Part shown: piece after piece, positions 1-10,204 of the stretch
Layout of the letters: each line of letters begins with the position of its first letter
Position numbering within the stretch: the stretch's first letter is position 1
Assembly (NCBI GenBank): GCA_050742455.1
Contig: JBOGIG010000004.1
Span: 96,613-160,612, forward strand
DNA: 64,000 nt
Source of the DNA: Acidimicrobiales bacterium
Lineage (GTDB): Bacteria > Actinomycetota > Acidimicrobiia > Acidimicrobiales > JBOGIG01
Reading direction: 5' to 3'
The notes under the pieces: model-generated
The model's database searches: none
Seen by the model: only the letters and a program-made list of their open reading frames with translations
What the model was told of the DNA's origin: nothing
Position numbers and translations under genes: made by a program

Positions 1-199
1 GTCGCTTATCCCCGGTCAGTCCGGAACCGCCGGCCACCACCACCACGGCCAGGATTCCGACCAGGTAGGCCTGGTAGAGGGCTTCGAAGAAGTCCACGTT
101 GGCCAGCCGGCGCCGGCGCCGGGCACGACGCAGGGCCCCAAGAGCCTCTTCGGATGCCGCATAGGACTGGACCAGGGATGCTTCGCCTGAGTACTCCAC
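1..199 (-). CDS. Hypothetical membrane protein, N-terminal fragment (continues past window start)
   Basis: Minus-frame reading from GTG at 199..197 gives VEYSGEASLVQSYAASEEALGALRRARRRRRLANVDFFEALYQAYLVGILAVVVVAGGSGLTGDKR. This is an Arg-rich stretch followed by a hydrophobic helix. GGGAGG lies about 14 nt upstream. It is not in the ORF track because it runs off the window. Confidence 0.35.
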   Translation of the reverse strand, partial: MEYSGEASLVQSYAASEEALGALRRARRRRRLANVDFFEALYQAYLVGILAVVVVAGGSGLTGDKR

Positions 200-209
200 C
201 GGAGAGGGA

Positions 210-1235
210 TCAGCCTCCCGAGACGTCCTGGAGCCTGGACTTGCCCGCCGATATCCACGGCATCATGTCGCGCAGTTGGCGTCCTACCTTCTCCACCGGG
301 TGATCGGCGCCCTGGGCCCGCAACGCCTGATAGTTGGGCCGACCGGCAGCATTCTCGGCCACCCATTCCCGAGCAAAGCTCCCATCTTGGATCTCGGCCA
401 GGATCCGACCCATCTCATCGCGCACCGCCTGGTTGATGATGCGCGGGCCCCGGGTTAGATCGCCGTACTCGGCCGTATCCGAGATGGAAAAGCGCATACC
501 GCCAATTCCCTGCTCGTACATGAGATCGACGATCAGCTTCAGTTCGTGCAGGCACTCGAAATACGCCGACTCAGGCTGATACCCGGCCCCCACCAGGGTC
601 TCGAATCCGGCTTGGACCAGGGCGGTGACACCGCCGCATAGAACCACCTGCTCTCCAAACAGATCGGTCTCGGTCTCCTCGGCAAATGTCGTCTCCAGCA
701 CCCCAGCCCTGGTGGCTCCGATGGCATGCGCGTAGGACAGGGCCAGATCCTTGGCCTTGCCCGAAGCATCCTGGGCCACCGCCACCAGGCTGGGCACCCC
801 ACCGCCCTCGACGTAGGTGCGCCGCACCAGGTGTCCCGGTCCCTTGGGCGCCACCATCGCCACGTCCATGGTGGCGTCGGGATCGATCAGACCGAAGCGG
901 ATGTTGAACCCGTGGGCAAACAGCACTGTGTCCCCGGCCTCCAGGTTGGGGGCGATCTCAGCGTCATAGACCGACTTTTGCTCCGTGTCGGGAAGAAGGA
1001 TCATGACCACGCCCGCCTGGGCACAGGCCCCGGCGATGGAAGTTACCCTGAGCCCGGCCTCGGTGGCCTTGGCTGCCGAGGCCGAGCCGTCACGTAGTCC
1101 CACCACAACGTCGACTCCCGAGTCTCGTAGGTTCAGAGCGTGGGCGTGACCCTGGGACCCGTAGCCGATGACGGCCACCGTCTTGCCGCCGATCAGACCC
1201 GGATCAGCATCCTTTTCGTAGTACATCGTGGCCAT
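210..1235 (-). CDS. ilvC: Ketol-acid reductoisomerase
   Basis: 341 aa. N-terminal Rossmann motif [24 protein letters not shown] and full-length IlvC-like sequence. Sits in ilvB-ilvN-ilvC order. Confidence 0.97.
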   Translation of the reverse strand: MATMYYEKDADPGLIGGKTVAVIGYGSQGHAHALNLRDSGVDVVVGLRDGSASAAKATEAGLRVTSIAGACAQAGVVMILLPDTEQKSVYDAEIAPNLEAGDTVLFAHGFNIRFGLIDPDATMDVAMVAPKGPGHLVRRTYVEGGGVPSLVAVAQDASGKAKDLALSYAHAIGATRAGVLETTFAEETETDLFGEQVVLCGGVTALVQAGFETLVGAGYQPESAYFECLHELKLIVDLMYEQGIGGMRFSISDTAEYGDLTRGPRIINQAVRDEMGRILAEIQDGSFAREWVAENAAGRPNYQALRAQGADHPVEKVGRQLRDMMPWISAGKSRLQDVSGG

Positions 1236-1238
1236 GTT

Positions 1239-1778
1239 CTATCCAACCTTTCCGGTAACGCTCCGCAGGCGCTGGGCCTGCCTTGCGAGTTTGGGCAGTG
1301 CCACCCGGCCACTGCGCTGTAGTTCGATGATCCCATAGGGTCGCACGAGGTCCTCGAAGTCGTCTATCCGGCCCGGATCACCGGCCAGCTCCACCGTGAC
1401 CTGATCAGTGCCCACAGCCACGATCTTGCCCTCGAAAAGGCCCACCAGCTCTATAATCTGGCTGCGCTGGGCCGGCTCAGCCTTCACTGTGGCCAACATC
1501 AGCTCCCGCTCGGTGGCATCGAGCGGGTCCAGCTCGGATATCTTCACCACGTTGATGAGCTTGAAGAGCTGCTTGGTCATCTGTTCCAGGGTGGCTGACT
1601 CGACGTCGACCACGATGGTGATGCGGCTGAAGGCGGGGTCGTCGGTGGGGGCAACAGTGAGCGAATATATGTTGAACGCCCGCCGGGAGAAGAGACTGGC
1701 CACGCGGGCCAGCACTCCGGCCTTGTTTTCCACAACAACGCTGAGGATGTGATGGCGGGGCGAAGCGATCCGGGCCAT
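1239..1778 (-). CDS. ilvN: Acetolactate synthase small (regulatory) subunit
   Basis: 179 aa. ACT-domain start HILSVVVENKAGVLARVASLFSRRAFNIYSLTV. Start overlaps the ilvB stop by 1 nt. Confidence 0.93.
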   Translation of the reverse strand: MARIASPRHHILSVVVENKAGVLARVASLFSRRAFNIYSLTVAPTDDPAFSRITIVVDVESATLEQMTKQLFKLINVVKISELDPLDATERELMLATVKAEPAQRSQIIELVGLFEGKIVAVGTDQVTVELAGDPGRIDDFEDLVRPYGIIELQRSGRVALPKLARQAQRLRSVTGKVG

Positions 1779-3574
1779 CAGTTCCCTCCCCGGCCGTGGG
1801 TGGGCCCAACCACGATGTCATCGTTCGAGCCCCCGGCCGGAACCATGGGAAACACCTTTTCGCGGGCATCGGTGCGAAAGTCGATCACCACCGGTCGGTC
1901 ATCGATGTGGTTGGCCTTATCGATGGCCGGGCCCACCTCATCGGCGGAGGTCACCCTCATCCCCTCACAGCCCATGGCATTGGCCCATCCCACGTAGTCA
2001 GGAAGGTCGGGAGAGAGATACACCTCGGAGTACCGCTCGTCATAGAACATCTCCTGCCACTGCCGCACCATGCCCAAGTAGGCGTTATTGAGGATGGCGA
2101 TCTTCACCGGTATTCGCTCGGCTGCGGCGGTGACCAGTTCCTGAGCAGTCATCTGGAAGCAACCGTCGCCGTCGACCGCCCACACCATACGATCAGGCCG
2201 TCCCACCTTGGCCCCGATGGCGGCGGGAACGGCGAAGCCCATGGTGCCCAGGCCACCGGAGTTGACCCAGGTGTAGGGATGCTCGAAGCGCCAATACTGG
2301 CTGGTCCACATCTGATGCTGGCCCACTCCGGACACCACGATGGTGTCGTCGGGAGTGGAGTCGCGCAACACCTCGATGACTCCCTGGGGCTTGAGCGAGC
2401 CATCGTCGGACTCGTGCTCATAGACCAGGGGGAACTCCTCCTGCCAAGCCCGGATCTGAGCCATCCATTCCCCCAGCCCGACCCCCGGGCCCTCGGCGCC
2501 ACCATCTTGGCCGGAAGCCGGGACTGCCTGGTCCCCCGCACCTGCCCCCGCCCCTGGTAGGCCCGGATATCCCAGATCAGCCAGGGCCCGGATCAGCTCC
2601 TCGATGACCAAACGGCAGTCGCCCACAATGGGAACGTCGGGTCGGCGTACCTTGCCCAGCTCGGCCGGGTCTATGTCGACGTGAATGATCTTGGCCCCCG
2701 GGGCGAAGGCGGAGACCTTTCCCGTCACCCGGTCATCGAAGCGGCTGCCCAGTGCGATCAGCAGGTCTGCCTTTTGCATGGCGGTCACCGCCGTGTAGTT
2801 CCCGTGCATGCCCGGCATGCCCAAGCACAAGGGATGCGAGTCGGGGAATGCCCCCCTAGCCATCAGCGTGGTCACCACCGGGATGCCGGTTTGCTCGGCC
2901 AGTCCCCTGAGGGCCTCGGCCGCCCGGGCCTTGAGAATCCCGCCCCCGGCATAGATGACCGGACGCCGAGATCGAGAGATGAGGTTGGCCGCCTCCTTGA
3001 TCATCCGGGGGTGGCCCCGGGTCACCGGCTTGTAACCAGGCAGGTCGACCGACTCAGGCCAGTACCACTCCATGGTCTGGTTGGCCACGTCTTTGGGCAC
3101 GTCGATCAGCACGGGGCCCGGACGCCCGGTGGTGGCAACGTGAAAAGCCTCGGCCACCACCCGGGGAATGTCGGCCGCCTCGGTCACCAGCCAGTTGTGC
3201 TTGGTAACGCTCATGGTGATCCCGGTGGTGTCGCACTCCTGAAAGGCATCGGTGCCGATGCTGGACAGGGCCACCTGACCACTCACCACCACCATGGGAA
3301 CAGAGTCCATATAGGCGTCACACAGGGGGGTGACGATGTTGGTAGCGCCCGGACCACTGGTCACAATGGCCACCCCCGGTCGGCCCGTGGCATGGGCATA
3401 ACCCTCGGCCATATGTCCCGCACCCTGCTCATGACGGACCAGGATGTGGCGGATGCTGGAGTCGATGATCGGATCGTATACAGGAAGGATCGCCCCACCA
3501 GGCAGGCCGAACATGACTTCGGTCCCTTGCATCTCCAGACTTTTAATCAGGGCTTGGGCCCCGGTCAGCAACAT
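1778..3574 (-). CDS. ilvB: Acetolactate synthase large subunit (ThDP-dependent)
   Basis: 598 aa. ThDP-enzyme motifs, e.g. [12 protein letters not shown] and [16 protein letters not shown]...[18 protein letters not shown] 6 nt upstream of the ATG at 3574. Confidence 0.96.
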   Translation of the reverse strand: MLLTGAQALIKSLEMQGTEVMFGLPGGAILPVYDPIIDSSIRHILVRHEQGAGHMAEGYAHATGRPGVAIVTSGPGATNIVTPLCDAYMDSVPMVVVSGQVALSSIGTDAFQECDTTGITMSVTKHNWLVTEAADIPRVVAEAFHVATTGRPGPVLIDVPKDVANQTMEWYWPESVDLPGYKPVTRGHPRMIKEAANLISRSRRPVIYAGGGILKARAAEALRGLAEQTGIPVVTTLMARGAFPDSHPLCLGMPGMHGNYTAVTAMQKADLLIALGSRFDDRVTGKVSAFAPGAKIIHVDIDPAELGKVRRPDVPIVGDCRLVIEELIRALADLGYPGLPGAGAGAGDQAVPASGQDGGAEGPGVGLGEWMAQIRAWQEEFPLVYEHESDDGSLKPQGVIEVLRDSTPDDTIVVSGVGQHQMWTSQYWRFEHPYTWVNSGGLGTMGFAVPAAIGAKVGRPDRMVWAVDGDGCFQMTAQELVTAAAERIPVKIAILNNAYLGMVRQWQEMFYDERYSEVYLSPDLPDYVGWANAMGCEGMRVTSADEVGPAIDKANHIDDRPVVIDFRTDAREKVFPMVPAGGSNDDIVVGPTHGRGGN

Positions 3575-3597
3575 GTCAACTCCCCTTGGAAATGAAA

Positions 3598-3698
3598 CGA
3601 CCTCCCGATTGGGAGGTCGAAATGCGCACGCGGCCGGTTGGCTGAACGTGCGCTCAGGTTACGAGTACGAGGGCGGTGGTGTCGGCCATCGCTGCCAT
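3598..3698 (-). promoter_or_regulatory. Candidate ilvB leader peptide plus transcription attenuator
   Basis: Minus-strand mini-ORF 3698..3654 encodes [14 protein letters not shown]. It is followed by stem GCGCACG/CGTGCGC (3653-3647 / 3629-3623). Then comes a 9-bp hairpin CGACCTCCC-aatc-GGGAGGTCG (3619-3598) followed by TTTCATTTCC, ending about 24 nt before the ilvB ATG. Confidence 0.45.
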
Positions 3699-3785
3699 TG
3701 TGACACGTCATCACCCCCACGGCAAGCAGGCCGGCACGCTCGTCACCAGCCGCCCCATCACCGTCCCGCCCGCTCGACCCCGCCG

Positions 3786-3821
3786 CCCCATAACCGTCGG
3801 CCTCCCCATAACCGTCGGGCC
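3786..3821. repeat. 18-bp tandem direct repeat x2, intergenic (ilvD 3' side / ilvB upstream)
   Basis: ccccataaccgtcggcct / ccccataaccgtcgggcc at 3786-3803 and 3804-3821. Confidence 0.8.
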
Positions 3822-3845
3822 GCCCCGTCCCGGGGGGGCAGGGGC

Positions 3846-5582
3846 TCAGGCTTGCGTGATGGCGCCGCGCTCGGCTCCGGTGACCAGGCGGGCGAACTTG
3901 GCCAAGGCCCCGGTGGCATAGCGCGGCGGAGGCGCTTTCCATCCCAGCCGGCGCCGGGCCAGTTCGTCCTCGTCCACGTCCAGCGCGATGGTGCGAGCCT
4001 CGACATCGACGATGATGCGATCACCATCGGCCACCAAGGCGATGGGGCCGGACTCGAAGGCTTCGGGAGCAACGTGGCCGATGCAGAACCCGTGCGTTCC
4101 CCCCGAGAACCGACCATCGGTGATCAGGGCACAGTCGGCTCCCCGGCCGGCTCCCTTCATAGCGCCCGTCACAGCCAGCATTTCGCGCATTCCCGGACCA
4201 CCCTTGGGACCCTCATAGCGGATGACGACCACGCTGCCCGGCTCGATGCCGCCGGCGAGGATCACCTCCATGGCCGCGTCCTCCCCGTCGAAGACCCGGG
4301 CCGGGCCGTCGAAGTTCGGTTGGTCGATACCGGCCACCTTGACCACCGCACCCTTGGGGGCCAAAGAGCCGGTCAGCACCGCAATCCCGCCGTCGACATG
4401 GATGGGATCGGCCATGGAATGAACTACTTCGCCGTCGGGCCCGGGGGGGTCCAGGTCGGCCAGGTTCTCCGCCATGGTGCGGCCGGTAACGGTGAGGCAG
4501 TCCCCGTCGATCAGGCCGGCCGACAGAAGTTCCCTGAGCACCACCGGGACGCCTCCGATCCGATCCAGGTCGCTCATGTGGTACTTGCCGTGGGGCTTGG
4601 TGTCGGCCAGATGGGGAACCCGTCTTCCCACCTTGTTGAAGTCATTCAACTCCAGCTCCACCCTGGCCTCGTTGGCCAGGGCCAGAAGGTGCAAGACGGC
4701 GTTGGTAGACCCCCCGAGGGCCATGACGATGGCGATGGCATTCTCGAAGGCCGCCCGGGTCATGATCTGGCGAGGTCGCAGGCCGGTGGCCAGCAGTCCC
4801 ATTACCGCTTCGCCGCTCGCCCGAGCGAAGGCGTCCCGCCGCTGATCGGGGGCAGGCGGCGAAGAGCTCCCCGGGAGGGCCATGCCGATTGCCTCGGCTA
4901 CAGAAGCCATGGTGTTGGCCGTGAACATCCCAGCGCAGCTCCCGATGGTCGGACAGGCGTGGGTCTCGATGAGGGCGAGCTCGGCATCGCTCAGCGCCCC
5001 GGTGGCATGTGCCCCGACCGCCTCGAACACGCTCGTGATGTCGAGTGCCCTCTCGGCCCGCCCGGTCTCGGGATCGGCAGGCAGACGCCCGGGCAGGATC
5101 GAACCCCCGTAGAGGAACACGCTGGGCAGGTCCAGGCGGGCCGCAGCCATCAGCATCCCGGGCAGGGACTTGTCGCATCCGGCCAGGCACACCAGGGCAT
5201 CGAAGCGTTCGGCGTGCATCATGATCTCCACCGAATCGGCGATGATCTCCCGGCTGACCAACGACGCCCGCATGCCCTCGTGGCCCATGGAAATGCCGTC
5301 GGAGATGGCGATCGTCACGAATTCGATGGGGAAGCCACCGGCATCGCGCACCCCTTGCTTGGCCTCTTTCGCCAGGCGAGCCAAAGGCATGTTGCACGGT
5401 GTCACCTCGTTCCACGAGGAGGCCACCCCAACCTGGGATTTGCCCCAGTCATCGTCTCCCATCCCGGTGGCCCGCAGCATCGCCCGAGCCGGGGCCCGCC
5501 GAGGGCCGTCGGTGACTTCACGACTACGCGGCTTGGTATCAGGTAGCAAACCGGGATCCGGGGTTGGAGGTGTGGCGGCCAT
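3846..5582 (-). CDS. ilvD: Dihydroxy-acid dehydratase
   Basis: The C-terminal 578 aa of the 751-aa ORF are IlvD-like ([30 protein letters not shown]). Start set at ATG 5582 (MAATPPT...). The longer ORF would run through the divergent gene at 5605. Confidence 0.96.
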   Translation of the reverse strand: MAATPPTPDPGLLPDTKPRSREVTDGPRRAPARAMLRATGMGDDDWGKSQVGVASSWNEVTPCNMPLARLAKEAKQGVRDAGGFPIEFVTIAISDGISMGHEGMRASLVSREIIADSVEIMMHAERFDALVCLAGCDKSLPGMLMAAARLDLPSVFLYGGSILPGRLPADPETGRAERALDITSVFEAVGAHATGALSDAELALIETHACPTIGSCAGMFTANTMASVAEAIGMALPGSSSPPAPDQRRDAFARASGEAVMGLLATGLRPRQIMTRAAFENAIAIVMALGGSTNAVLHLLALANEARVELELNDFNKVGRRVPHLADTKPHGKYHMSDLDRIGGVPVVLRELLSAGLIDGDCLTVTGRTMAENLADLDPPGPDGEVVHSMADPIHVDGGIAVLTGSLAPKGAVVKVAGIDQPNFDGPARVFDGEDAAMEVILAGGIEPGSVVVIRYEGPKGGPGMREMLAVTGAMKGAGRGADCALITDGRFSGGTHGFCIGHVAPEAFESGPIALVADGDRIIVDVEARTIALDVDEDELARRRLGWKAPPPRYATGALAKFARLVTGAERGAITQA

Positions 5583-5604
5583 CGACAAAGCGTAACCTGG
5601 TGCA

Positions 5605-6681
5605 ATGCTCCTCGAATCCCTCGAAGTGGACCCCGTCGAACTCCACGCTCGCACCGGTTGGGCCCTCAAACCCGAAGGTCTGTGCAAGGGCCCGGTTTGT
5701 GCTCCGCTTCCCCCCGAGGCCCTAACCAACAGCAGGATCAAGGCCGACACCCTGGTCCAACGCCTGGGCATGGCGCTGGTGGCCGACGAGGAGCATGGCC
5801 GCTGGGCACTGGGGCCCGAGAGCGGAGGCCGGGCCCTCACCACAGCCCAAGCCCCCGACCTGGAGCTGCCGAGGCTGGACGGCACAATGTTCCGCCTCTC
5901 ATCGCTGCGTGGCCACAAGGTCGTCGTCGCCGCCTGGGCCTCGTGGTGAGGTTGTCGCGCTGACCTGCCCGTGTGGCAGGCACTCAGGACAGAATTGTTC
6001 CCCCAAGGCCTCGAAATAGTCACTGTCGCCCTCGACACCGGTGGCCCCGAAGCCGTGCGGGAGTGGATAGAAGCGGCCCAGCCCGACCATCCCAGCCTCA
6101 TCGACGCTGCTCATGTCACCGATGCCCTGCTGGGCTTTGTCAACGTCCCCAATGCGGTGTGGATCGATGAGCAAGGGATCCTGGTGCGACCGGCGCATGT
6201 GGCCCAAGTCCAGCGCTCCGCCTTGCGGGACATGGACATTCCCGACGGTCTGCCAGAGCGCCTGCACGACATGTTGACCGAGGTCAAGAAGATCAACGAC
6301 GTCTCGGATCGCTACGTGCCCGCCCTGCGGGACTGGGTGGCCAACGGGGCGGCCAGCCCCTTCGCGCTCGGCCCCGACGAGGTCGTGGCTCGTTCCCAAC
6401 CCCGGCCGATCGAAACATCCCAGGCGGCCGCGAATTTCGAATTGGGACAGGAGCTGTGGCGGGCAGGTGAACGCCAGGCCGCCGTGAAGTTCTTCCGCCG
6501 GGCTCACGAGCTGGCGCCGCAGAACTGGACCTACAAGCGCCAGGCCTGGACGCTTGCCTCCACCCACGAGGGCGAAGCCAGCGACTTGATGCAAGGTCCT
6601 ACCGACTCCTACGACGGCAACTGGCTCGACGACGTCCGCGCCATCGGCGCCGACCACTACTACGAGCCGTTGGACTTCTAG
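5605..6681 (+). CDS. Thioredoxin-fold (TlpA/ResA/AhpC-TSA-like) protein with in-frame TGA at 5947-5949; candidate selenoprotein
   Basis: ORFs 5605..5949 and 5971..6681 are in the same frame, separated by TGA plus 7 sense codons. Read-through gives [62 protein letters not shown]. The TGA therefore sits where the first redox Cys of WCxxC redoxins lies. The downstream piece has no RBS of its own. Confidence 0.7.
5960..5987 (+). promoter_or_regulatory. SECIS-like stem-loop downstream of the in-frame TGA
   Basis: Lower stem ctga (5960-5963)/tcag (5984-5987) and upper stem cctgcc (5964-5969)/ggcagg (5975-5980), with apical loop cgtgt (5970-5974) and a 3-nt bulge cac. The stem starts 10 nt after the TGA. 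The apical loop starts 20 nt after it and contains G and U. Confidence 0.5.
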
Positions 6682-6804
6682 GCAAAACTCTCCCCTACTA
6701 GGAGTTCGTGGGCTTCTACGCCAACCTCTCGCCCCGCTGTGCACGAGCCACGGTCAAGTAGTACAAATCTATTGGTGGTCTCCGGCGAAGGATTGGATGG
6801 GCCC

Positions 6805-8691
6805 ATGACCAACACAGTCACCGAGAAGCAGTCCCGAGAGCTGGCCGAGAAGTCCCGCCAGACCGAATGGGACAAGCCGAGCTTCGGCAAAGAGTTGTTC
6901 CTGGGACGATTTCGGCTCGATCTCATCGAACCCCACCCTGTGCCCGATGCAGACGACACCCGTCGCGGCGAGGAGTTCCTGGCCAAGCTGGCGGCCTTTC
7001 TCCAAGAGGAGGTCGATCCGGCCGAGATCGAGCGGGAGGCCAAGATCCCTGAGGGCGTGATCAAGGGTCTTTGCCGGCTCGGGGCCCTCGGCATGAACAT
7101 TCCCACCGAGTATGGCGGCCTCGGTCTCAGCCACCTGCACTACGGACGGGCGCTGGCCCTGGCCGGAACCTGGCATTCGTCCATCCCGACCCTGCTATCG
7201 GCGCACCAGTCCATCGGCGTGCCCGAGCCACTGAAGGCATTCGGGTCGGAGGAGCAAAAGCGCAAGTACCTGCCTCAAGTAGCGACCGACAAGATCAGTG
7301 CCTTCCTGCTCACCGAACCCGACGTGGGCAGTGACCCGGCTCGGATGCACACCACGGCTACTCCGACCGAAGAAGGCGCTGCCTACCTGCTCAACGGCGT
7401 CAAGCTTTGGACCACCAATGGGGTCATCGCCGACTTGCTGGTCGTCATGGCCGCCGTCCCCAAATCCGAAGGGCATAAGGGCGGCATCAGCGCTTTCATC
7501 GTGGATGCCCACGCCCCGGGAGTGGAAGTCTTGCACCGCAACCAGTTCATGGGGCTGCGGGGAATCGAGAACGGGGTCACCCGGTTCGACAACGTGCGGG
7601 TGCCAGTCGAGGACCTGATCGGCCAGGAAGGCCGAGGCCTCAAGATCGCCCTGCAAACGCTCAACACCGGTCGGCTGTCCCTACCGGCCACGTGCGTCGG
7701 GTCGGTCAAATGGTGCGTGAAAATGGCCCGGGAGTGGGCGGCGGCCCGTGTGCAATGGGGCCAGCCCGTCGGGAAGCACGAAGCGGTGGCCAAGAAACTG
7801 GCATTCATGGCTGGCACCGCCTTTGCCGTTGAAGCGGTCTCGGACCTGTCTTGTTTGATGGCCGACGAGGACCGCCACGACATCCGCATCGAAGCTGCCC
7901 TGGCCAAGCTGTTCTGCTCCGAGATGGCTTGGCAGGTGGCCGACGAGTTGGTTCAGATCAGGGGGGGTCGGGGATTCGAGACCGCGGCGTCGTTACGGGC
8001 TCGCGGCGAGAGGGCGGTGGGCGCCGAGCAAGTCCTGCGAGACATGCGCATCAACCGGATCTTCGAAGGTTCCTCCGAGATCATGAAGTTGCTCATAGCG
8101 CGCGAGGCGGTCGACCAGCATCTGTCGGTTGCCGGCGATCTAATCGACCACGACGCCGATGCCAAGACCAAAGCCAAGGCGGCGGCTAGAGCTTCCAAGT
8201 TCTATGCCCGATGGCTGCCGGAGCTGGCCGTTGGCGAAGGCGACAACCCCGGCGCATTTCGCCAATTCGGTTCGCTCGGTAAGGACCTCCGCTATGTCGA
8301 GAGGTCGTCCCGCAAGCTGGCCCGCAACACCTTCTACGCCATGTCCCGGTGGCAAGGGGCCATGGAGCGCAAGCAGGCGTTTCTCGGCCGGGTGGTGGAC
8401 ATCGGCGCCGAGCTGTGGGCCATCAGTGCCGTGGTGGTCCGTGCCCGGATGTTGGACACGCCGGAAGCGACTGAGCTGGCCGAGCTGTTCTGCCTGCAGT
8501 CCCGCCGCCGGGTGGACCAGGCCTTCCACGACCTGTGGCACAACGACGACAAAGAGGAGTACCAGGCAGCCCTCCAAATTCTCGAAGGGCGCTATACGTT
8601 TCTCGAAGAAGGGATCCTCGATCCCTCGGGCGACGACCCTTTGATCTCGAGTTCCGGCCAGCCGGCCCACGCCGGCGATGAACCGGGTTAA
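6805..8691 (+). CDS. Acyl-CoA dehydrogenase family protein (long form with C-terminal extension)
   Basis: ACAD-like sequence (SAFLLTEPDVGSDPA, GGRGFE, RINRIFEGSSEIM). Start set at ATG 6805 with GAAGGA about 13 nt upstream. The track ORF begins at 6739. Confidence 0.9.
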   Translation: MTNTVTEKQSRELAEKSRQTEWDKPSFGKELFLGRFRLDLIEPHPVPDADDTRRGEEFLAKLAAFLQEEVDPAEIEREAKIPEGVIKGLCRLGALGMNIPTEYGGLGLSHLHYGRALALAGTWHSSIPTLLSAHQSIGVPEPLKAFGSEEQKRKYLPQVATDKISAFLLTEPDVGSDPARMHTTATPTEEGAAYLLNGVKLWTTNGVIADLLVVMAAVPKSEGHKGGISAFIVDAHAPGVEVLHRNQFMGLRGIENGVTRFDNVRVPVEDLIGQEGRGLKIALQTLNTGRLSLPATCVGSVKWCVKMAREWAAARVQWGQPVGKHEAVAKKLAFMAGTAFAVEAVSDLSCLMADEDRHDIRIEAALAKLFCSEMAWQVADELVQIRGGRGFETAASLRARGERAVGAEQVLRDMRINRIFEGSSEIMKLLIAREAVDQHLSVAGDLIDHDADAKTKAKAAARASKFYARWLPELAVGEGDNPGAFRQFGSLGKDLRYVERSSRKLARNTFYAMSRWQGAMERKQAFLGRVVDIGAELWAISAVVVRARMLDTPEATELAELFCLQSRRRVDQAFHDLWHNDDKEEYQAALQILEGRYTFLEEGILDPSGDDPLISSSGQPAHAGDEPG

Positions 8692-8692
8692 C

Positions 8693-10204
8693 TCAGGCCA
8701 CTGCTCCCCCGGCCTCGCGCCTCAGGGCTTCGTTGACCAGTTTCCCATTGGCCCGCCCGCTGGTGGCCTTCATTACCTGTCCCACCAGGAAACCGGTCAC
8801 CTGCGCCTCACCGGTCCTGAAACGTTCCCACTCGGACGGGTGGGCGGCGATCACCGCGGCCACCGCATCATCGAGTGAGGCGTCGCTGAGCGCCTCGAAG
8901 CCCCTGGCCCGAGCGATGTCAGCCGGGTCCCCCCCCGATTCCAACATGACCGAGAGCACATCCTTGGCCTGGGTCGGGCTCAGGGCGCCGCTGACCTCCA
9001 TGTTCACCAGGGCGGCAAATTGCTTGGGCTCCAACCGGCTCGCTCCATCGGCGTTGGCCGCAGCCTCGTTGGCCGCCCGGTTGAGGGTCACCCGGGCGTC
9101 GGCCCCAGCTGCTGTGGCGTCCAGAACCAGTTGATCCAGGCCCAGATCCACGACGGTCGCCACCTGGGAACGGGTCTTGTGGTCCAGCCCGGCAGTGTCG
9201 CCATCACCTCGGAGTGTTGCTGTCACCAGGGCCCGGCGCTCGGCCGGCATCGGTCCCAGGTCGACCAGGGACCGCTGTTGGAAGGCCTCATCGGGGACCA
9301 GAGGGACCAGGTCCGGCTCGGGAAAGTACCGGTAGTCGTAGGCCTCCTCCTTGGACCGCATGGCCGAGGTGACACCGGCCGCCTCGTCCCAGTGCCGGGT
9401 CTGTTGGGCAATCGCCTCACCGCCCTGGAGCAGTTCCGCCTGGCGGGCGGCCTCGTACTCGATGGCCCGGCCCAGACTGCGTAGCGAATTCATGTTCTTG
9501 ATCTCGCAGCGGGTCCCGAACTCGGTCTCGCCTGCCCTGCGCATGGACACGTTCGCATCGACGCGGAGCGACCCCTCTTCCATCTTGCCGTCCGAGGCAC
9601 CGGTGGCGACCAGGATCGAGCGCAACTCGCTTACGTAGGCCCGGGCGTCGGCGGCCGAGCGCAAATCAGGGGCACTGACGATCTCGACCAGGGGAACTCC
9701 GGCTCGGTTGTAGTCCACCAGGGAGTGGGTCGCGCCGCTTATGCGTCCATCTCCCCCCATGTGAGAAGTCTTTCCCGTGTCCTCTTCCATGTGAGCCCGC
9801 TCAATGCGGATTCGGCGCCCATCGAGGAGTTCCAGCCATCCGTTTACATTGATGGGCTCGTCGTACTGGCTGATCTGGTAGTCCTTGGGCATGTCGGGAT
9901 AGAAGTAGTTCTTGCGATGGAACACAGAAGGACGCACCTCGCAGTGCAGGGCGTGGCCGATCCTCACCGCCAGCTCCACCGCCCGGGCATTGAGAACAGG
10001 CAGGGAGCCGGGCAGGCCCAGGCATACCGGGCACACATTGGTGTTGGGTGGCGAGCCGAATTGATTGGCACAGGAGCAGAAAAGTTTGGTGGCGGTAGCG
10101 AGCTCGCAGTGCACCTCCAGACCGATCACCATCTCCCAACCCTCCCCGGAGTTGGGTGCCTCGCTGGAGTTGGGATCCTCCCTGGAACTGATGTCCCCGC
10201 TCAT
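8693..10204 (-). CDS. gatB: Asp/Glu-tRNA amidotransferase subunit B
   Basis: 503 aa with [20 protein letters not shown] and a GatB/YqeY C-terminus. ATGA start/stop overlap with gatA. Confidence 0.96.
   Translation of the reverse strand: MSGDISSREDPNSSEAPNSGEGWEMVIGLEVHCELATATKLFCSCANQFGSPPNTNVCPVCLGLPGSLPVLNARAVELAVRIGHALHCEVRPSVFHRKNYFYPDMPKDYQISQYDEPINVNGWLELLDGRRIRIERAHMEEDTGKTSHMGGDGRISGATHSLVDYNRAGVPLVEIVSAPDLRSAADARAYVSELRSILVATGASDGKMEEGSLRVDANVSMRRAGETEFGTRCEIKNMNSLRSLGRAIEYEAARQAELLQGGEAIAQQTRHWDEAAGVTSAMRSKEEAYDYRYFPEPDLVPLVPDEAFQQRSLVDLGPMPAERRALVTATLRGDGDTAGLDHKTRSQVATVVDLGLDQLVLDATAAGADARVTLNRAANEAAANADGASRLEPKQFAALVNMEVSGALSPTQAKDVLSVMLESGGDPADIARARGFEALSDASLDDAVAAVIAAHPSEWERFRTGEAQVTGFLVGQVMKATSGRANGKLVNEALRREAGGAVA
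10148..10201. repeat. Degenerate 18-bp tandem repeat (about 3 units) in the gatB N-terminal codons
   Basis: Units ggagttgggtgcctcgct / ggagttgggatcctccct / ggaactgatgtccccgct. They encode ...[12 protein letters not shown]... in GatB. Confidence 0.55.

Noticed and set aside
16-366. 116-aa minus-strand ORF overlapping the ilvC 3' end
   Set aside because: It overlaps ilvC in another frame and has implausible Trp/Pro/Arg-rich composition. A different frame (1..199) gives a membrane-protein-like N-terminus instead.
3444-5546. 700-aa plus-strand ORF
   Set aside because: It is entirely antisense to the well-supported ilvD. The translation is Arg/Gly/Pro/His-rich low-complexity sequence, typical of shadow ORFs in high-GC DNA.
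5583-6101. Upstream extension of the ilvD ORF (751 aa in the track)
   Set aside because: The IlvD homology begins at Met 5582. The extension would overlap the divergent redoxin gene and has Arg/Ser/Pro-rich non-protein-like composition.
5971-6681. Treating the 236-aa ORF as an independent gene starting at GTG 5971
   Set aside because: It has no RBS, and the GTG lies in the loop of a hairpin. The product would begin in the middle of the thioredoxin fold without its redox motif. The upstream ORF is in the same frame and supplies the missing beta-strand and WASW. A pseudogene (nonsense mutation) remains the alternative to Sec and is stated in the finding.
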